Assembly (NCBI RefSeq): GCF_964355755.1
Contig: NC_092674.1
Location: 25,296,001 to 25,360,000 of the forward strand
Source: Antedon mediterranea
Lineage: Eukaryota > Animalia > Echinodermata
DNA length: 64,000 nucleotides
Reading direction: 5' to 3'
Shown: positions 50,625-63,632 of the stretch, one piece after another
How positions within the stretch are numbered: position 1 is the first letter of the stretch
Layout: each line of letters opens with the position of its first letter
The notes under the pieces: generated by a model
Databases searched by the model: none
Told to the model about the DNA's origin: nothing
What the model saw: only the letters and a program-made list of their open reading frames with translations
Translations under genes and position numbers: made by a program

Positions 50625-53600
50625 ATGAATGAAGCGTTAATCCCGTGTTCCAATTGTGGAAGAACATTTGCACAATCAAGAGTGGTAATATTTCGCGCCG
50701 CTTTTACTTTTATAATTAAAATAGATCTAGGGATATAGACATGTTTAAAATGGTTGGCCTAGTAGTAGTAATAGGCATAGTTTCGTTCCAACTTGGACGC
50801 AACGGATGGGAAAAACGTAAGAAGAGTTGGACCCATCAAGCGACAGTTGGAATATAATAGTAGTTCAAAGCGTCTTGATTGGTCCAATTATTTATGGCGC
50901 GCTTACGTCGTCCATGCGTTGTCTAACAAAAGGGAACAATGGTAGGGTTGCCGCTGTTGCCTAGGTCAGTTTTGACCGTGTTGACATTACCGGATTATCG
51001 CCGTATCAAATTAAAGAAATATCTTGATTTGTAAATAGCAATATTGTAGGCTAGGCCCCTACGCCATTGATCGATTAATTATCATATTTATAGAATCAAG
51101 ATTAATCAGATTGTGCGCATTGCTATTATAGGCCTACTTACATCATTATTAAATAATAATTATAAATAATTGTTTGCAGAGTAAGCATCAGAATATTTGC
51201 AGAAAATCAAGTAAACGGCGGCCGACTTTTGATTCCGGAAAGCAGCGAGCAGAGGGAACAGACATTCCGTTCTCGGTGACGAAGAGAACTCGTCAAAAAG
51301 TTAGTGATAAATGTATTGAAATCTAATATTACCAATTAATCATGAGCTAGTACAGGGCCGTACGCAAGATTTTATTTGGGTGCGCAAGTTATTTAATTGG
51401 GATCAACCATAAGTATACTATATGGGCTGGTGGGTCAAGGGGATCGTCAACGGTTAATTTGGTAAATTTCAATCGGTTAACCGGGCACATAAATACGGAA
51501 AATGTCTTCTACCTTTAAAAATGTTAAGACGTAACAAAAATAATGGTGAACAATATTAAACAAAATAACATTCTTGTATATTGACGTTCTTCTTGATATT
51601 ATGTACGCACCTGTCATCGGCTAATAGTATAATTCTGTAAAATGATCTGTTAGCATTTACGAATTTTACCGTGTGATTCCTGTCTTTATGTACAAAAATA
51701 GTAAATGGCCCTGAAAGTACGTTTTACAACTGTATAATTTCTGTTATTTGTGATAACGAATTAACTATTTGAATAAGCTGTTCCTATTCCATTGGAATCC
51801 TCTAAGGGTATCACAGATAGAGGTTATGGCAAAAGGAAAGAGAGTAGGGATTGGCCGTATGATAAAACTTTTCCCCTTTCGTTTCGGAGGAAAGTGTCCC
51901 ATCAGAGTGTCTCAAAAGGATGGACTGTATTAAGTAAGCCCAAGTATAATTACAGTAAGCAAAATGAGCGGAGATGTGTACGTCGTTGTTATCGTCTTCG
52001 TTCATTACAGAATGGCATTACAAAAACCAACTGGCGTCAACGGCATCAGGAATTCATATCAGCAATACGCAATGCAAGGAAAGCAGTATTAGCGGTTCGT
52101 ACAGGGCAGCCGTTACCCCCACCTCCCCCGCCAGCAGACAATCCAGGTACGCCTTTTTTTGTTTTTGGGTGTTTCTTTCATGAAAATCGGCAGTTACAGA
52201 ATAATATTGCACCAATACACGAGTGGGACAGTATCATATAGGCCTATATAATTATATATAACTTTATTCTCAATCTCAGATTAAAAGTATACATTATTAA
52301 TAATAAATGTATTTTGAATATTAACAAATACAAAATGATTGGAAGTTGTGAATGTGGTTAAGCTGTATAAGCACAAGCTTTAGACGCAAAGCCCCTTTAA
52401 TGAATACATTTTTAAAATAAATAAATAAGTAAATAAATAAATAAAGTAAAAATTTCAGTAAAATGTACCATAATAATTGTAACGATAATAATAACAATAC
52501 TAATAATAGCAATAATGCAATGATGATAATAACAAATCAAATGTCGAGAGAAAATTAATTAACCAGGAACTTATAATTAAAGATAACTGGTGACAAACAT
52601 ATCATGAATTTTATATTTGAACATACCAATACTGGTTAACATATAAAAAATAAGTTCATGTGTTTCATATATATTATGACGTATGTTCTTCGCAGATTAT
52701 ATCACATGTAGATCCTGTTACAGACGTTTCAATGCGCAGGCAGCGGCACGGCATATTCCCGTGTGCACCAATAGAAGAAAAGAACTCGGAGAACCAGTGT
52801 CATTTGCCTTTAGGACTGTTCCAGGAGACTATGGAAGCAAAAACTACTATGCAAAACAGGTAACTGTCAATACACAATTCGACAGCCTATGGGCCTACAT
52901 AGTATACTTGTTTCTTTCGTACTGGAAAAACAATGAAAAGACGTCGTCGATAATGAGATGGTGCACACATTGAGAGAGAGATAACGTATGCGTATAGGCC
53001 TACTGTAGGCCTAAGATTGACCATGTGCATCATACTTTAACCTTTTTATTACTTATTGATAATTGTCCGCCAATCAATAATAATAAAATAATAAACAGTA
53101 TTTATATAGCGCCTAATGGATCACTGACCCCTCTAGGTGCTTTACATAGGACCTTAACTAATGGTAATAAACTATCCCCCGCCGGACACCATTCCGGTAT
53201 TTCTTAGTCGAGGTTTCGGGGATGGAGACAATCAATAATGTGAAAAAAAAAAAAAAAATGTAACAAAGCTTAACTATGCTTAACTAAGGTAAAACTATCC
53301 CCCGCCGGACACCATCCCAATATAAAACACTATGTTTCTTCTTCCTCTATTGGTCATCCCATTCCGAAATCTTGAAGCAGTAAGAAAAATGGCCTATGCT
53401 CAAGACAGTTATGGACACAATAAATTAAAACACGATGAAAGTTCTTTCTAAATGGTCAACTTAACTTTATTAATGCCATAGCTTAAGCGCTTCTCACCGA
53501 TCGATCGACTTCCTACTTCTATGAGAAGAAGAAGTCGTGTCACGTGACATAAGAATAATAAACGGCTGTGATTGTTAAGCTTTGGTTCCCACTAGGACGT

Positions 53601-55395
53601 TCCGCGTAATTTTACCAATCACAAGCTATGGATAATCCAAACTGATGCTTGTCATGGTCAACTCGCTTGTGTTGCACTTGGTCTTTGCCTTGTGTGTAGT
53701 GGGAACCAAGCTTTAGCGCTATCTACCATTCATTGTATCATAGAGATAATATCTCTATGATTGTATTAATACTACACGCCTTTATGTTGGGCCCGGTAGT
53801 GATATTTATTTCCGTCCATAAGTTACTGCTCCTAAAACGTCACAAAACAAACATGAATATTCAAAAGTCATATCCAAAAAGGTGTGATGTAAGAATTGGG
53901 CTAACTACAATTCGCTAATGCAAATGCTTTCTGTCGAGCCGACTGTTTAGTCGAATGGATTAGCCTAGACTATGGACTTTACATGTCGAATTTTGAATAT
54001 CATGAGCAACTTATTTTTAATTTATAGTAAGAGAGAGGGTTAGGTTTTAGTTATATTTAGGAAGTAATTCGGCTATCTTTCACATAAGTGGTCCCCAATT
54101 TATGTACGAAAAAAAATCGCGGCCCCGTAATTCAGTTGTGTGCTTTTCACATAGGGCCTACAGTATAAGCCTAATGCGAAATTTTGTAACTGGAGAGATT
54201 TGAATGAAACCTAACCACAGTGACCCTAACTCATGATTTTGTTTTCACGAAACAGTATGCTAAGACAGTACCGAAGCCATCAGTAAAATCAAGCATTTCG
54301 AGAAGAAACTTAACTGATGTTTCCCATGAAGATGAGAGTGTTTGGCCATTTTCAATGAATGGAAACATGTCATCGAATTCTTCCATATTCCCGTACAACG
54401 GCTGTAGCACTAGTAGTGAAAGACGGTATCAAGGTATATGCATGCACCTACAACTGATTTCGAGTCACACGCAATGGCTGATGTAAAACGGCATTTGAAT
54501 CATACCTGAAATCATACATAATATAGCATGATAATTTAAATTTTCCAGATCAACCTAACGTTTTAACCAATACCGGGTTATCGCCTGTAATGTTATCTGG
54601 TAATCGTTACAAACAGTATCAAAGACCTAGTCCAGGATTCGCTGTAGCACCACGTCTACGTCTGCCAAAGAAACCAGTACCACAACCTCAAGGATCAAGA
54701 TCAATGTCTGGCTCTTCAGTTATTCGTTATAACATACAGCGAGGTGGTCACCCACAGTTAAGGTGATTTTTCAGTAGCTAAACATGTATCTTTAACTGCC
54801 ATGAAACACGTATGGAACGCCGTTACTGCCTTCTTCGGCTCTTTTTACAACTTTCGGCCCTTTACCATTTGGCTCTTTCATCATTTTATACGGCTCTTTT
54901 ACCATTACGTTCGGGCACTTTCACCATTTTATACGGCTCTCTTTCATCATTTCATACGGCTCTTTCATCATTCCATACGGCTCTGGTAAAAGATCCGTAT
55001 ACAATGGCCAAATGGGAAACAAGCCGAACAAGGCAGTAACGGCGTTCCACACACACGTCTGAGACTACAGATGACTACAATAAAATCATTGGTCGTCGAA
55101 AAATCAATAAAAATACATAAAACAACCTGTTTAGTTACCATAAGCATAATAATAAAAGGATGCTGATCAGTATTATCTTTATTTATACAGCCGGTCACTA
55201 CCAACTCCAACAATCACGACGCCCAGGTCACGTTGTAAAATTAGTAAAAACTCTTCTGATGATGCCTTCCAAGAAGGCAGGCCTAAAAGTCGATTACCCG
55301 CTCGGCGCGAAAGACTTTTGTCAGCAAGGGAACCCCACAACGAAGGCCCAAGGATAGTATATACTTTTGGAAATATGCAAGTGTATGAAGACTGA
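50625..55395 (+). CDS. Zinc finger C2HC domain protein (ZC2HC1A/B, FAM164-like)
   Basis: Exons 50625-50684 (PCSNCGRTF), 51180-51299 (KHQNIC...FDSGKQRAEGTDIP), 52011-52146 (NWRQRHQEFISAIR...PLPPPPPP), 52696-52859 (DYITCRSCYRRFN..AAARHIPVC), 54256-54433, 54549-54762, 55191-55395 (TGA). The last three exons are supported only by splice and frame consistency. Confidence 0.85.
53577..53713. mobile_element. Palindromic MITE, family AAGCTTGGTTCCCACTAG
   Basis: TTGGTTCCCACTAG...TAGTGGGAACCAAGCTT termini. Confidence 0.75.
54813..55049. mobile_element. MITE with internal ~23-bp tandem repeats
   Basis: TIR TGGAACGCCGTTACTGCCTTCTTCGGCT / AGCCGAACAAGGCAGTAACGGCGTTCCA enclosing repeats of TTCATCATTTTATACGGCTCT. 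Confidence 0.78.
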
Positions 55396-56645
55396 AGGCC
55401 ATTTATAAGTAATTAATATTATTAGAATGTAAGATATATTTTAAAAATCTTTGTCTTTAAACCGCCATGGAAGGACCGAGAGCCTTCCAATATCATTCGT
55501 GCAATATAATAAGATAGGCCTAAGTTTTAAAAAAAATACAACTTATAACCACAATATTTCCCCTGTCGTAATCAGCTCCACAGTCGAGACCAAAGCCAAT
55601 TAAAAGTGATATAAGGCTAATATCATGTTTTGATGAAGAAATGATTACCTATCATTATAAAAGTAAACCAATTCAACCTATTCAATATAAGCGGAAGTAC
55701 ATAATATTAATAATAAATTAAAGCTATAATAAAGATGATAAAATATTGATAGCAATTAGTAGGCCTATGGTAGGGCAAATACATTGTGTGGAAAATTGAC
55801 TAGAGAATTATAAAAAACTGGATTCAAATATATAAACTAATGCATTAAACGGAATGTTTGGGAACATGAACTTAGAAAAAACACATGATCGATACTGGAA
55901 CCGTTAGTTTATCCGTGGTATACTTGTATAAACACATTACCATGTGCATGAATAGAGATAGTTAGTCTGGGCTGCAGACGGAGTTTTGTCTTAATATTAG
56001 TAAAAATATAAATATTTTTGCACATATGGCGTTTCATACGTGTATTACTTGAGTTTGGATACTCCGACAAAAATCGCGGTCGAAATAAAAACAAATAAAT
56101 AAAAAAAAAGACAATAAATACAGACTTGGGGCAAGTCTAAGAGATAGTCTATGCACGGTGTATATCAACGTAAGAACAGACGGCTGGATTAAAAAAACAA
56201 CCCCAAAGACTTAACGTATCTTATGGAGGCTAATTATTCAAAATTTCAAACCGTAGTAAAATCACGAGAGACAGAGCTGCTCAGTCTTAAATGTAAGTAT
56301 ACTTCGATTTTAGAGAAACTTTTATTTATTATGTACTGTAAGTTTATTCAGGTTTCCGTGACAATCCAGCACTTAGTAAAGTGATAATGGGATGATAAAA
56401 TAAATGATTATTTGCTATCTTCTGTAGGCCTACTCGCTGTTGATAGTCATTTAGTTCATTATTTTGTTGTTTGTTATAGGCCTACTATGTGTATTTGTTC
56501 TGAATTACGGTATAATAACAGTATGTGATTAGTAATGTTTAATTGAAGTTGTATTATTTTATTGCTCAAAATACATCAATAACTCGACGTGAGGCCATTT
56601 CAGTTTCAGAAGAACTTTCTTTTATTTCGCCAACTACACGCTAAA

Positions 56646-56810
56646 GCTTGTTACACAAAGCAATAGCATCATCTACCGTATATTTTTAATAATGAATATC
56701 ATTTGTTAAGAAAAATATATCCAGTATAGCTTGTTACACAAAGCAATAGCATCATCTAACGTATATTTTGAATAATGAATAACATTTGTTAAGAAAAATG
56801 TATCCAGTAT
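56646..56810. repeat. Direct tandem duplication of ~82 bp downstream of the NC1-like gene stop codon
   Basis: AGCTTGTTACACAAAGCAATAGCATCATCTA...ATCCAGTAT occurs twice head to tail. Confidence 0.85.
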
Positions 56811-56850
56811 AGGCCTAATTATAGCCTCAAAATCATAAGAAGATAGTATC

Positions 56851-59800
56851 TTATCTTGTGCACACAACGCATGATAACTCGTGGTAATCAACATATGGCG
56901 GACATTTGAGTGACCCACATTTTCCTACGGCAGGATAGAGTAGAAAGCCATTTTTATTCGTTTTAGAATTATCCCTACTTTGAGGAGAGCCGTCGACGCA
57001 AAGGTATTCATGGGCGGCGTTGTGATGAGTACAACCACCCATCAATAAACCCCCGTATTCTTTTGTCCAGCCTTCAGGGCATGTACGTTTAGCTGGGATC
57101 ATTATACTTGCTGATCGACCTTTTGCCAGACACACCGCGCAAGCTGGATCCGTTTGATGTACGTCACGCCACTGAGGGTATTGTTTGAAATTCGTTTCGT
57201 ACTCAGCACCATACACGTTAGCCCTATGCGAGCCGTTCGCCACCATTCGCTCGTCGTATTCAGGTATCTCGGGTAAACACAGTGGGTTTGTACCTGCTCC
57301 AGTGTCCATAAAGTACCCTCCTCCAAGATACCCTAAATATAATTATTCAAAACAGAAAAACAATAAACGTGGTGAACTATTATTTTAAATCAACTCAATG
57401 TGAATCATAATGTAAGGTGTAACAAAATTGTTGGTGGCCAAATCCGACGCAACCATACAATTTCTAGAAATAGGATCTGCTTTTCGTAGTTGAGAATTTT
57501 TAACAAGCCGACACTTGATAATAGGGACTTCACGAAACACGACGGGAAGCCACAGGACGGTGCTCATGAATAATTTAAATTCCGTCATCTTAACTTTTTG
57601 GGGACGATAAAGTTGCCATTTTCCCGTTTACGGAGAACGACTAGAAATAATATACATAACCTTAAATAGACAGTTCAAATTACATCTAAACGTTGAAACT
57701 CTAAATAATATTTTAACTTAAAATTTAATTGTTTAACAAAATAACATTTTTAATTGGTTAAAATGGCTGTGTTAAAACAATAGGCCTACATATTCTGCGA
57801 GGCGTTTGAATGCGAAGCTCTAGCTAGGAAGGTAGGCCTATGCTGTTTCACCAGAGCCAAGCGATTCAGAAGGGCCCACGCCACAAGACGTGGGCCCTTA
57901 CAGAGAGGGGGAGAGATATTGTAACTGTCGGCGCAAGGGTTCGTAACTAATAAAACGGCTATGTTGACATGATTTTACGCTCTACCGAACACAGAATATA
58001 TTCGTCGTCCTCCCCAACCGTCGTGTTTCTTAAAGTCCTTTATGAGGTGGACGAAATTGAAATTCGCTGGTGACGTTCGGGAAATTTAAAGGCAAGGATA
58101 GAAGGAGGAACGATGAAACCGAAAATAAATATACAGAGTGTAAAGAAAAATAATGTTCAAAACAACATTTTATCACAAGTTTTATGTAAATTCATAAATT
58201 ACATTTTGTTCAACTTTTTATATAACTGTACACATATAGGCCTAGTACTATGGGTTTGAATGGTGGGTCTTATGAATAATAATGCTGTTTGTGATTTTAA
58301 AATTAATAATATAGATTTATTTTCACTTACCAACGTATACGATTTCTGAAGAATTTGGGGTGCAGTCCTTCCGACCCCAATGAGTATACTCAACATAATT
58401 GTTAATGTTATTTGTAAAAGCTGTAAATATTAAATTACATTATATTTATGACAGATATTCCTTCATATCATTACTCTTAAAGATATTATTGTCCCCCTAA
58501 AAAATAATTCTTAACAAAATGTTTGTTAAATATCCCATTTTAATGCAACATAATAGTTATCCACTTTGACCAAAAATTAGATCGAAAAAAAAATGTATTT
58601 ACCGGAAGAAAAAAACTGTTTTAAAGCAAAAACAAAATGGTCAAATTGGCTGCCAGCCAATGGGTTTTTGATTGAATTGAACCATTTATTTTGTCATTTT
58701 ATAAGGGAAAAAAAATATTTTTTTTCTATTTGTTTTCTACTCAAGTGATTAACTTTATTAAACTACAACATAACATATTAAAAGTCTGATTTAATTAGTC
58801 TTCATTTTTCATGTTTTTGGGGAAAATACATCTTTAGGGATGTAATTGTGAAATAGAAATATAACTGTAAACTTGTTACCAAATGTAATGCGAAATTTGA
58901 CCAACCACAATCTCGCCCCCACCCCCCCCCCCCAACCCAGTGTGAGAAAAACGGAGAGTCTCCTATCTTTTAACACTTCTAGCCGGTCTGAAAATAATAT
59001 CATTTTTGTTATTTGTAAAGTTATTGATAAACCAATTTTATTGATTTTCAATAGGCATGGTCTGAAAGTATATACCTATCTACACCCAAAAATCACGAAC
59101 GATAACTTGAATACTGTAGGCGCTACCGTGCTAACAAACAAATGAAAGCACTCAGAAACGAAAAGAAAGAGTGAAGTACTTGGCAAAATATATCCACTGA
59201 TTGGGAGTCTTAAAGTAATACGTAAAATAAAATTACATTTTCTCGAGAACTACTTGTCCAAAAAAACTCATTTTGGACAAGAGGCAAGGGTTATAATTTG
59301 TGATTTGTAATCTTAAAACAATTTTTTAATGTACCGGCTTTTTCATACGAGTAGTTTAAAAAAAACTATTTCTTTTCAAATTCACCCGTTTGTTTTAGGC
59401 GTTGCTGTTTAATTGTTATTCAAATTAAACTATTGTTAGTTGATAATTAGTTTTTTTAGTACCAGCCTGTTTCCTTACTTATTTCATTCTGTACATATGT
59501 ATATACTTACAAAACATGCCTATTGATTTTCAGGAAAATTGATATATTGGTCATGTCACAAAAGCTTATCTTCAGTACGATATATTAAATACCACGCATT
59601 CTGTCTTCTTTTAACATGGACATATTCTTTGATATGGACCAAAATTAGTCGATTGGTCAAGAGGTTAAGCTTACTACATGGGTTAAGGCGGAGGCGCCGC
59701 AAATCGGCACAGCTTAAGATACTTCTCGATCATCATTATTCTGGTCAATCTTGATTTTAGAAAGGTCATTGTTGCAATGCCGAAATTGTTTGTATCAAGA

Positions 59801-60810
59801 AATTATGTAAACAAATTATTAACCCCAGCAGGATTTTAACCATGTAAAGCTAATACATAAAGCAAAAAATGTATTGTTAGTGCTATTGTTAGTCAACTGA
59901 AAGGCTTGTTATATAACCATTACAACAAACTCACATACACATGCTCCGAGTGAAATTAGCCTAAATCAAACAGCATTAACACACACACAAATTTATATAT
60001 AGGCCTATTTATATTTTCCCGGAGAAATCTTATGTAGGAAAATTTTACAGTAGGCGGAGGTATGCGCTCTCGGGTGGATTTCTAGTTGTGTAATAGTTTT
60101 GAGAAATTCTCATAGCTTATTAATTTTGTATTAGTTTAGAGCAAATCACGTCACATAACGTATCCACACTTAGAATTTTAAAGAGGTTATGAATTTCAGG
60201 CGTCCAATTGATTGTAAAATAGGATATTCTCAGTGTAGAAATGGTTGATGAGAATAACAAACAGCACGCGGTCTAAAACTCGATAACTAATTGAAAATGA
60301 TATATTTTTTGTAATTATTAAGAGCAATGTCACAATTAGATAATTTTTATTGTCTAAAAAAACAAAAATCAACACACAATACGCTTACCTTTGTCACCGA
60401 AAAGGAAATTCCAGATTACTCCGCCATTGTTTTTAGAGGCCTTTATAATAATAATTATTACAAAATATTATGATTAGTTTAATTCTTCACCATCCATAAG
60501 ATAATTAATTTCAAGTATACATAAATTTGTCTTTTCAAAACTTTAATTAACGACTAACCGTGGCCTTATTACAAAGCTAAATCAAAACAAGAGTTTTCGG
60601 GCTAGAGCAAAACTATTATCATCAGTGCAAGTTAGAGTACTTGGACAAAGTAGATAGTATAAATAGACAAGCGCTGCTTGAGTGGACTTGAATAATTATA
60701 ATAAAAAAGAGTTAATAAAAAGTCTTAATCTTGATTAAAGTTCTTACCTTGGCTTCGGTTAGCAAAATCAGGCAATACCAAAAAATGACGGTACCTTTGA
60801 AGATCTTCAT
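56851..60810 (-). CDS. Secreted short-chain collagen C4/spongin NC1-like domain protein, ~228 aa, without collagen repeats
   Basis: Exons 60810-60748 (signal peptide MKIFKGTVIFWYCLILLTEAK), 60440-60389, 58420-58331 (YTHWGRKDC), 57332-56851 (GTNPLCLP, VYGAEYET, PACAVC, MIPAKRTCPEGWTKEYGGLLM, YLCVD, CGSLKCPPYVDYHELSCVVCTR). Confidence 0.87.
58481..58833. mobile_element. Kolobok-like MITE, second copy
   Basis: Follows TTAA, starts AGATATTATTGTCCCCC, and its interior is colinear with 43336-43683. Confidence 0.72.
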
Positions 60811-62425
60811 TTTCTTGTTGGTTGTTCTTGGTTTGTACACCTTTAAAGCTGATGTAATGAAAATGTAAAACGTATTCTGTTTTTATAGGCCTACTAACAG
60901 CAGGTGCGCGGTCAGTAATTGGTGCTAGGTGTTGCAAAATAAATAAAATCATATTTCTAATAATATTGAAAATTAGTGTTCAAATAATATTTCTAATTAA
61001 AAACTAATCTGATTTAGTTATTGAATACAAAAATGTGTACTGTTCCAGTTACATAATATAGTGTGTGTTTTGAAAGGTGTCCAAATTTCGTTTTTCCTCG
61101 AATATTTACTATTCAAAATAACAAATCTAAAAATGTCACTCTAATTGGTTGAGTATTACTTTCCCGGAATTACTAGGGTCTAGAATACTAGTTCTTTTTC
61201 TGTTGGTACTCTTTTTGATATTCGTCAATGCAGAACAGAATCTTCTTTTCAATCATAATAATATATCCCACTTGTCACCAGAATCTGGAATAACTTACCC
61301 GGTGAAATTCGCAATAAGATATTTCTGTTAGTTAGTTAAACTATCTCAGTACTTATTTTTTAAATAGTTTTGATGATGCTTTAATTGTAAAATGTAATTT
61401 TGTTGTGCTCTTTTCTGGGTTGACCAACTAGCATAGATGTTTAGCACCTGTTTGGTCTTTCCTTGCCGTTTATATTTTGTTTGTTTTTTTCTATGTATGG
61501 CAGAAACTGAATAAAATAAAAAAATAAATAAAATATTTGGGAACATCACTACCATATGGGTACATCACACTTGTTTGTCAAACTAGTTTGATAGTGTATT
61601 AGACGGAGCTTTATAAGCTTAAAATTTTTTTCTTCACAGTGATATACCGTAATATATAAACGGTAATTAAGTAATGTTCATACCATCAATGTCTCATTAA
61701 ATAATACCGTATCATTTACATCGCAGACGTTTGTACTAATTCAGCAACCAGTGATGAATTGATAAAGTTTTGCATAAGAAGCATTTAAAATGTTTTAAAT
61801 AAGCGTGTTTCCACCTGAAATTTCATCAGAACAGAAATTACATAGGATACATAATCACAAAAATGTGATTGAAACATTATAAAAATCTTAAAATGTAAAA
61901 AAAAAACACAAAAAACTGTATTAATAAAATATGTATTTTCTAAAAAGGTGTCGCTCTGCTCTTTGAGATGCGCAAACGCAATTTTTTATGATTTTTGGAA
62001 GGGTTGATTACAGTATGTCAAACCTTTTCTGACTAAGGTTATACCACATCAGATTAACCAGGGAACATTTCACTCATCCCTGTACCAAAGATTGTATAGC
62101 GCCGCTATACAATCTTTGCTTTAACCTTGTTATTTTATTATCTGTACTCAAAGTAACCAGTTTGTTCAAAAACACATTGCTTTCTTCTGTGATGTTTAGA
62201 TCACCCGGTTTCTAGGTACTGTATGTTGTGAATAAACAGTAATTAAAATGTGAATAATTGTAATGATCATGGCATCTGTGATACCGCGAAAACTGCCAAA
62301 GTGGCTATGGATGAATGCAAATTCCAATGAGGCCTTTTTAACTGTTTGCATGTCAGTGTACTGTTATTGAACTGATATAGCCTTAGCCTTGAATATACAA
62401 ACGACTGAACAACCACAACAAATTG

Positions 62426-63030
62426 CCGTAAAACCTCGAAAAGAAGCCCGTTTTTTTATTGCTCTTGGGTGGGCTTCTTTTCGAGATGGGCTTCTTTTCG
62501 AAAGTACTTTTGCAAACTGTAGAGGGGGCTTCTTTTTGAAATGAATGCTGTAAATTTTGTGAATTTCTTCTACAAACAATAATATGACTTTGAGACATTT
62601 TTTCAACAATGAAATTATGTTTAATATACCAATTAAAAAACAATATAAAAAGCAAAAAACAGTCCTATGATTCACCGTCAAATACACTCATTTCGTTATC
62701 ATCGTCATAAATGTATGATAAACACGATCATACATATTAATTATTATCATCAGTCTTCATCACAAGTATCTGGCATTAAATTATCCTACTACAGTAACTC
62801 TTAATGTTTGTATTGTTTATTTCTGTTCCTTTGACTAAATTAATGAACCTATATTGTAGTCTATCTCGAAAAGAAGCCCATACTATCTTGAAAAGAAGCC
62901 CAGGGGCTTCATTTCGAGATGGGCTTCTATTCGAGAGTACTTTTGCAAACTGTAGAGGGGGGGGGGCTTCTTTTCGAGATGGGCTTCTTTTTGAGGTTAA
63001 GCCCATGGGCTTCTTTTCGAGGTTTTACGG
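62426..63030. mobile_element. Tc1/mariner (pogo-like) non-autonomous element
   Basis: TIR CCGTAAAACCTCGAAAAGAAGCCC / GGGCTTCTTTTCGAGGTTTTACGG, then TA. Internal GGGCTTCTTTTCGA repeats. The duplicated flank at about 63771-63790 lacks it. Confidence 0.8.
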
Positions 63031-63500
63031 TATACGAATAATGAACGAATAATTAATGTTTCTCTGAAAGGTTTACTTGCGAAAAGTAGGTAAGCGGGGC
63101 CGTTGTACAGCGGTCTTTAATTTGAGAGAGTCTTTAACTTGATGGAGACACTGTATTTGGGAATATCACTACCATATTTGGGTACTTTTTTGTCAAACTA
63201 GTTTGATAGTGTAGACGGAGCTTTATAAGCTTAGAATTTTGTTTTCTTCATAGTGATACTGAGTTTTTTTCTAAACGGTAATTATGTAATTGCCATACCA
63301 TAATGTCTCATTAAATAAAACCGTAGTTCACCCGGTTTCTAGGTACTGTATGTTGTGAATAAACACAATAATTAAAATTTGAATAATTGTAATGATCGTG
63401 GCATCTGTGATACCGCGAAAACTGCCAAGGTAGGTAAGCGGGGCCGCGGTACAGTGGTCTTTCATGGGAGGGAGTCTTTAACTTGAGGGAGACGATTTAT

Positions 63501-63632
63501 TTTTAGTCGTGTGCAACGCAACATATGTTACGCGACATTACAGCTCACTATATCGGTCTGTAGGTCGGTCGGTCAGTAAACACTAATTTAAATTTGAGCA
63601 CGCGACTGCAGCCATGTACAGTATGGCCTTGT
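63501..63632 (+). mobile_element. Short Helentron/DINE-1-like element
   Basis: T-run start, subterminal GTCGTGTG/CACGCGAC inverted pair and (GGTC)n microsatellite. Matches 34384-34480 in reverse. Confidence 0.45.

Noticed and set aside
53075-53150. L2/SINE-type 3' tail on the minus strand (TGTAAAGCAC...GCGCTATATAAAT(TTA)n)
   Set aside because: Plausible but too short to assign a family or boundaries.
54801-55039. His/Phe-rich repetitive ORFs
   Set aside because: Translations of the 23-bp tandem repeat inside an intronic MITE.
62364-63052. ORFs sharing KRSPSRKEA repeats
   Set aside because: Derived from GGGCTTCTTTTCGA repeats of a non-autonomous transposon; no transposase motifs.
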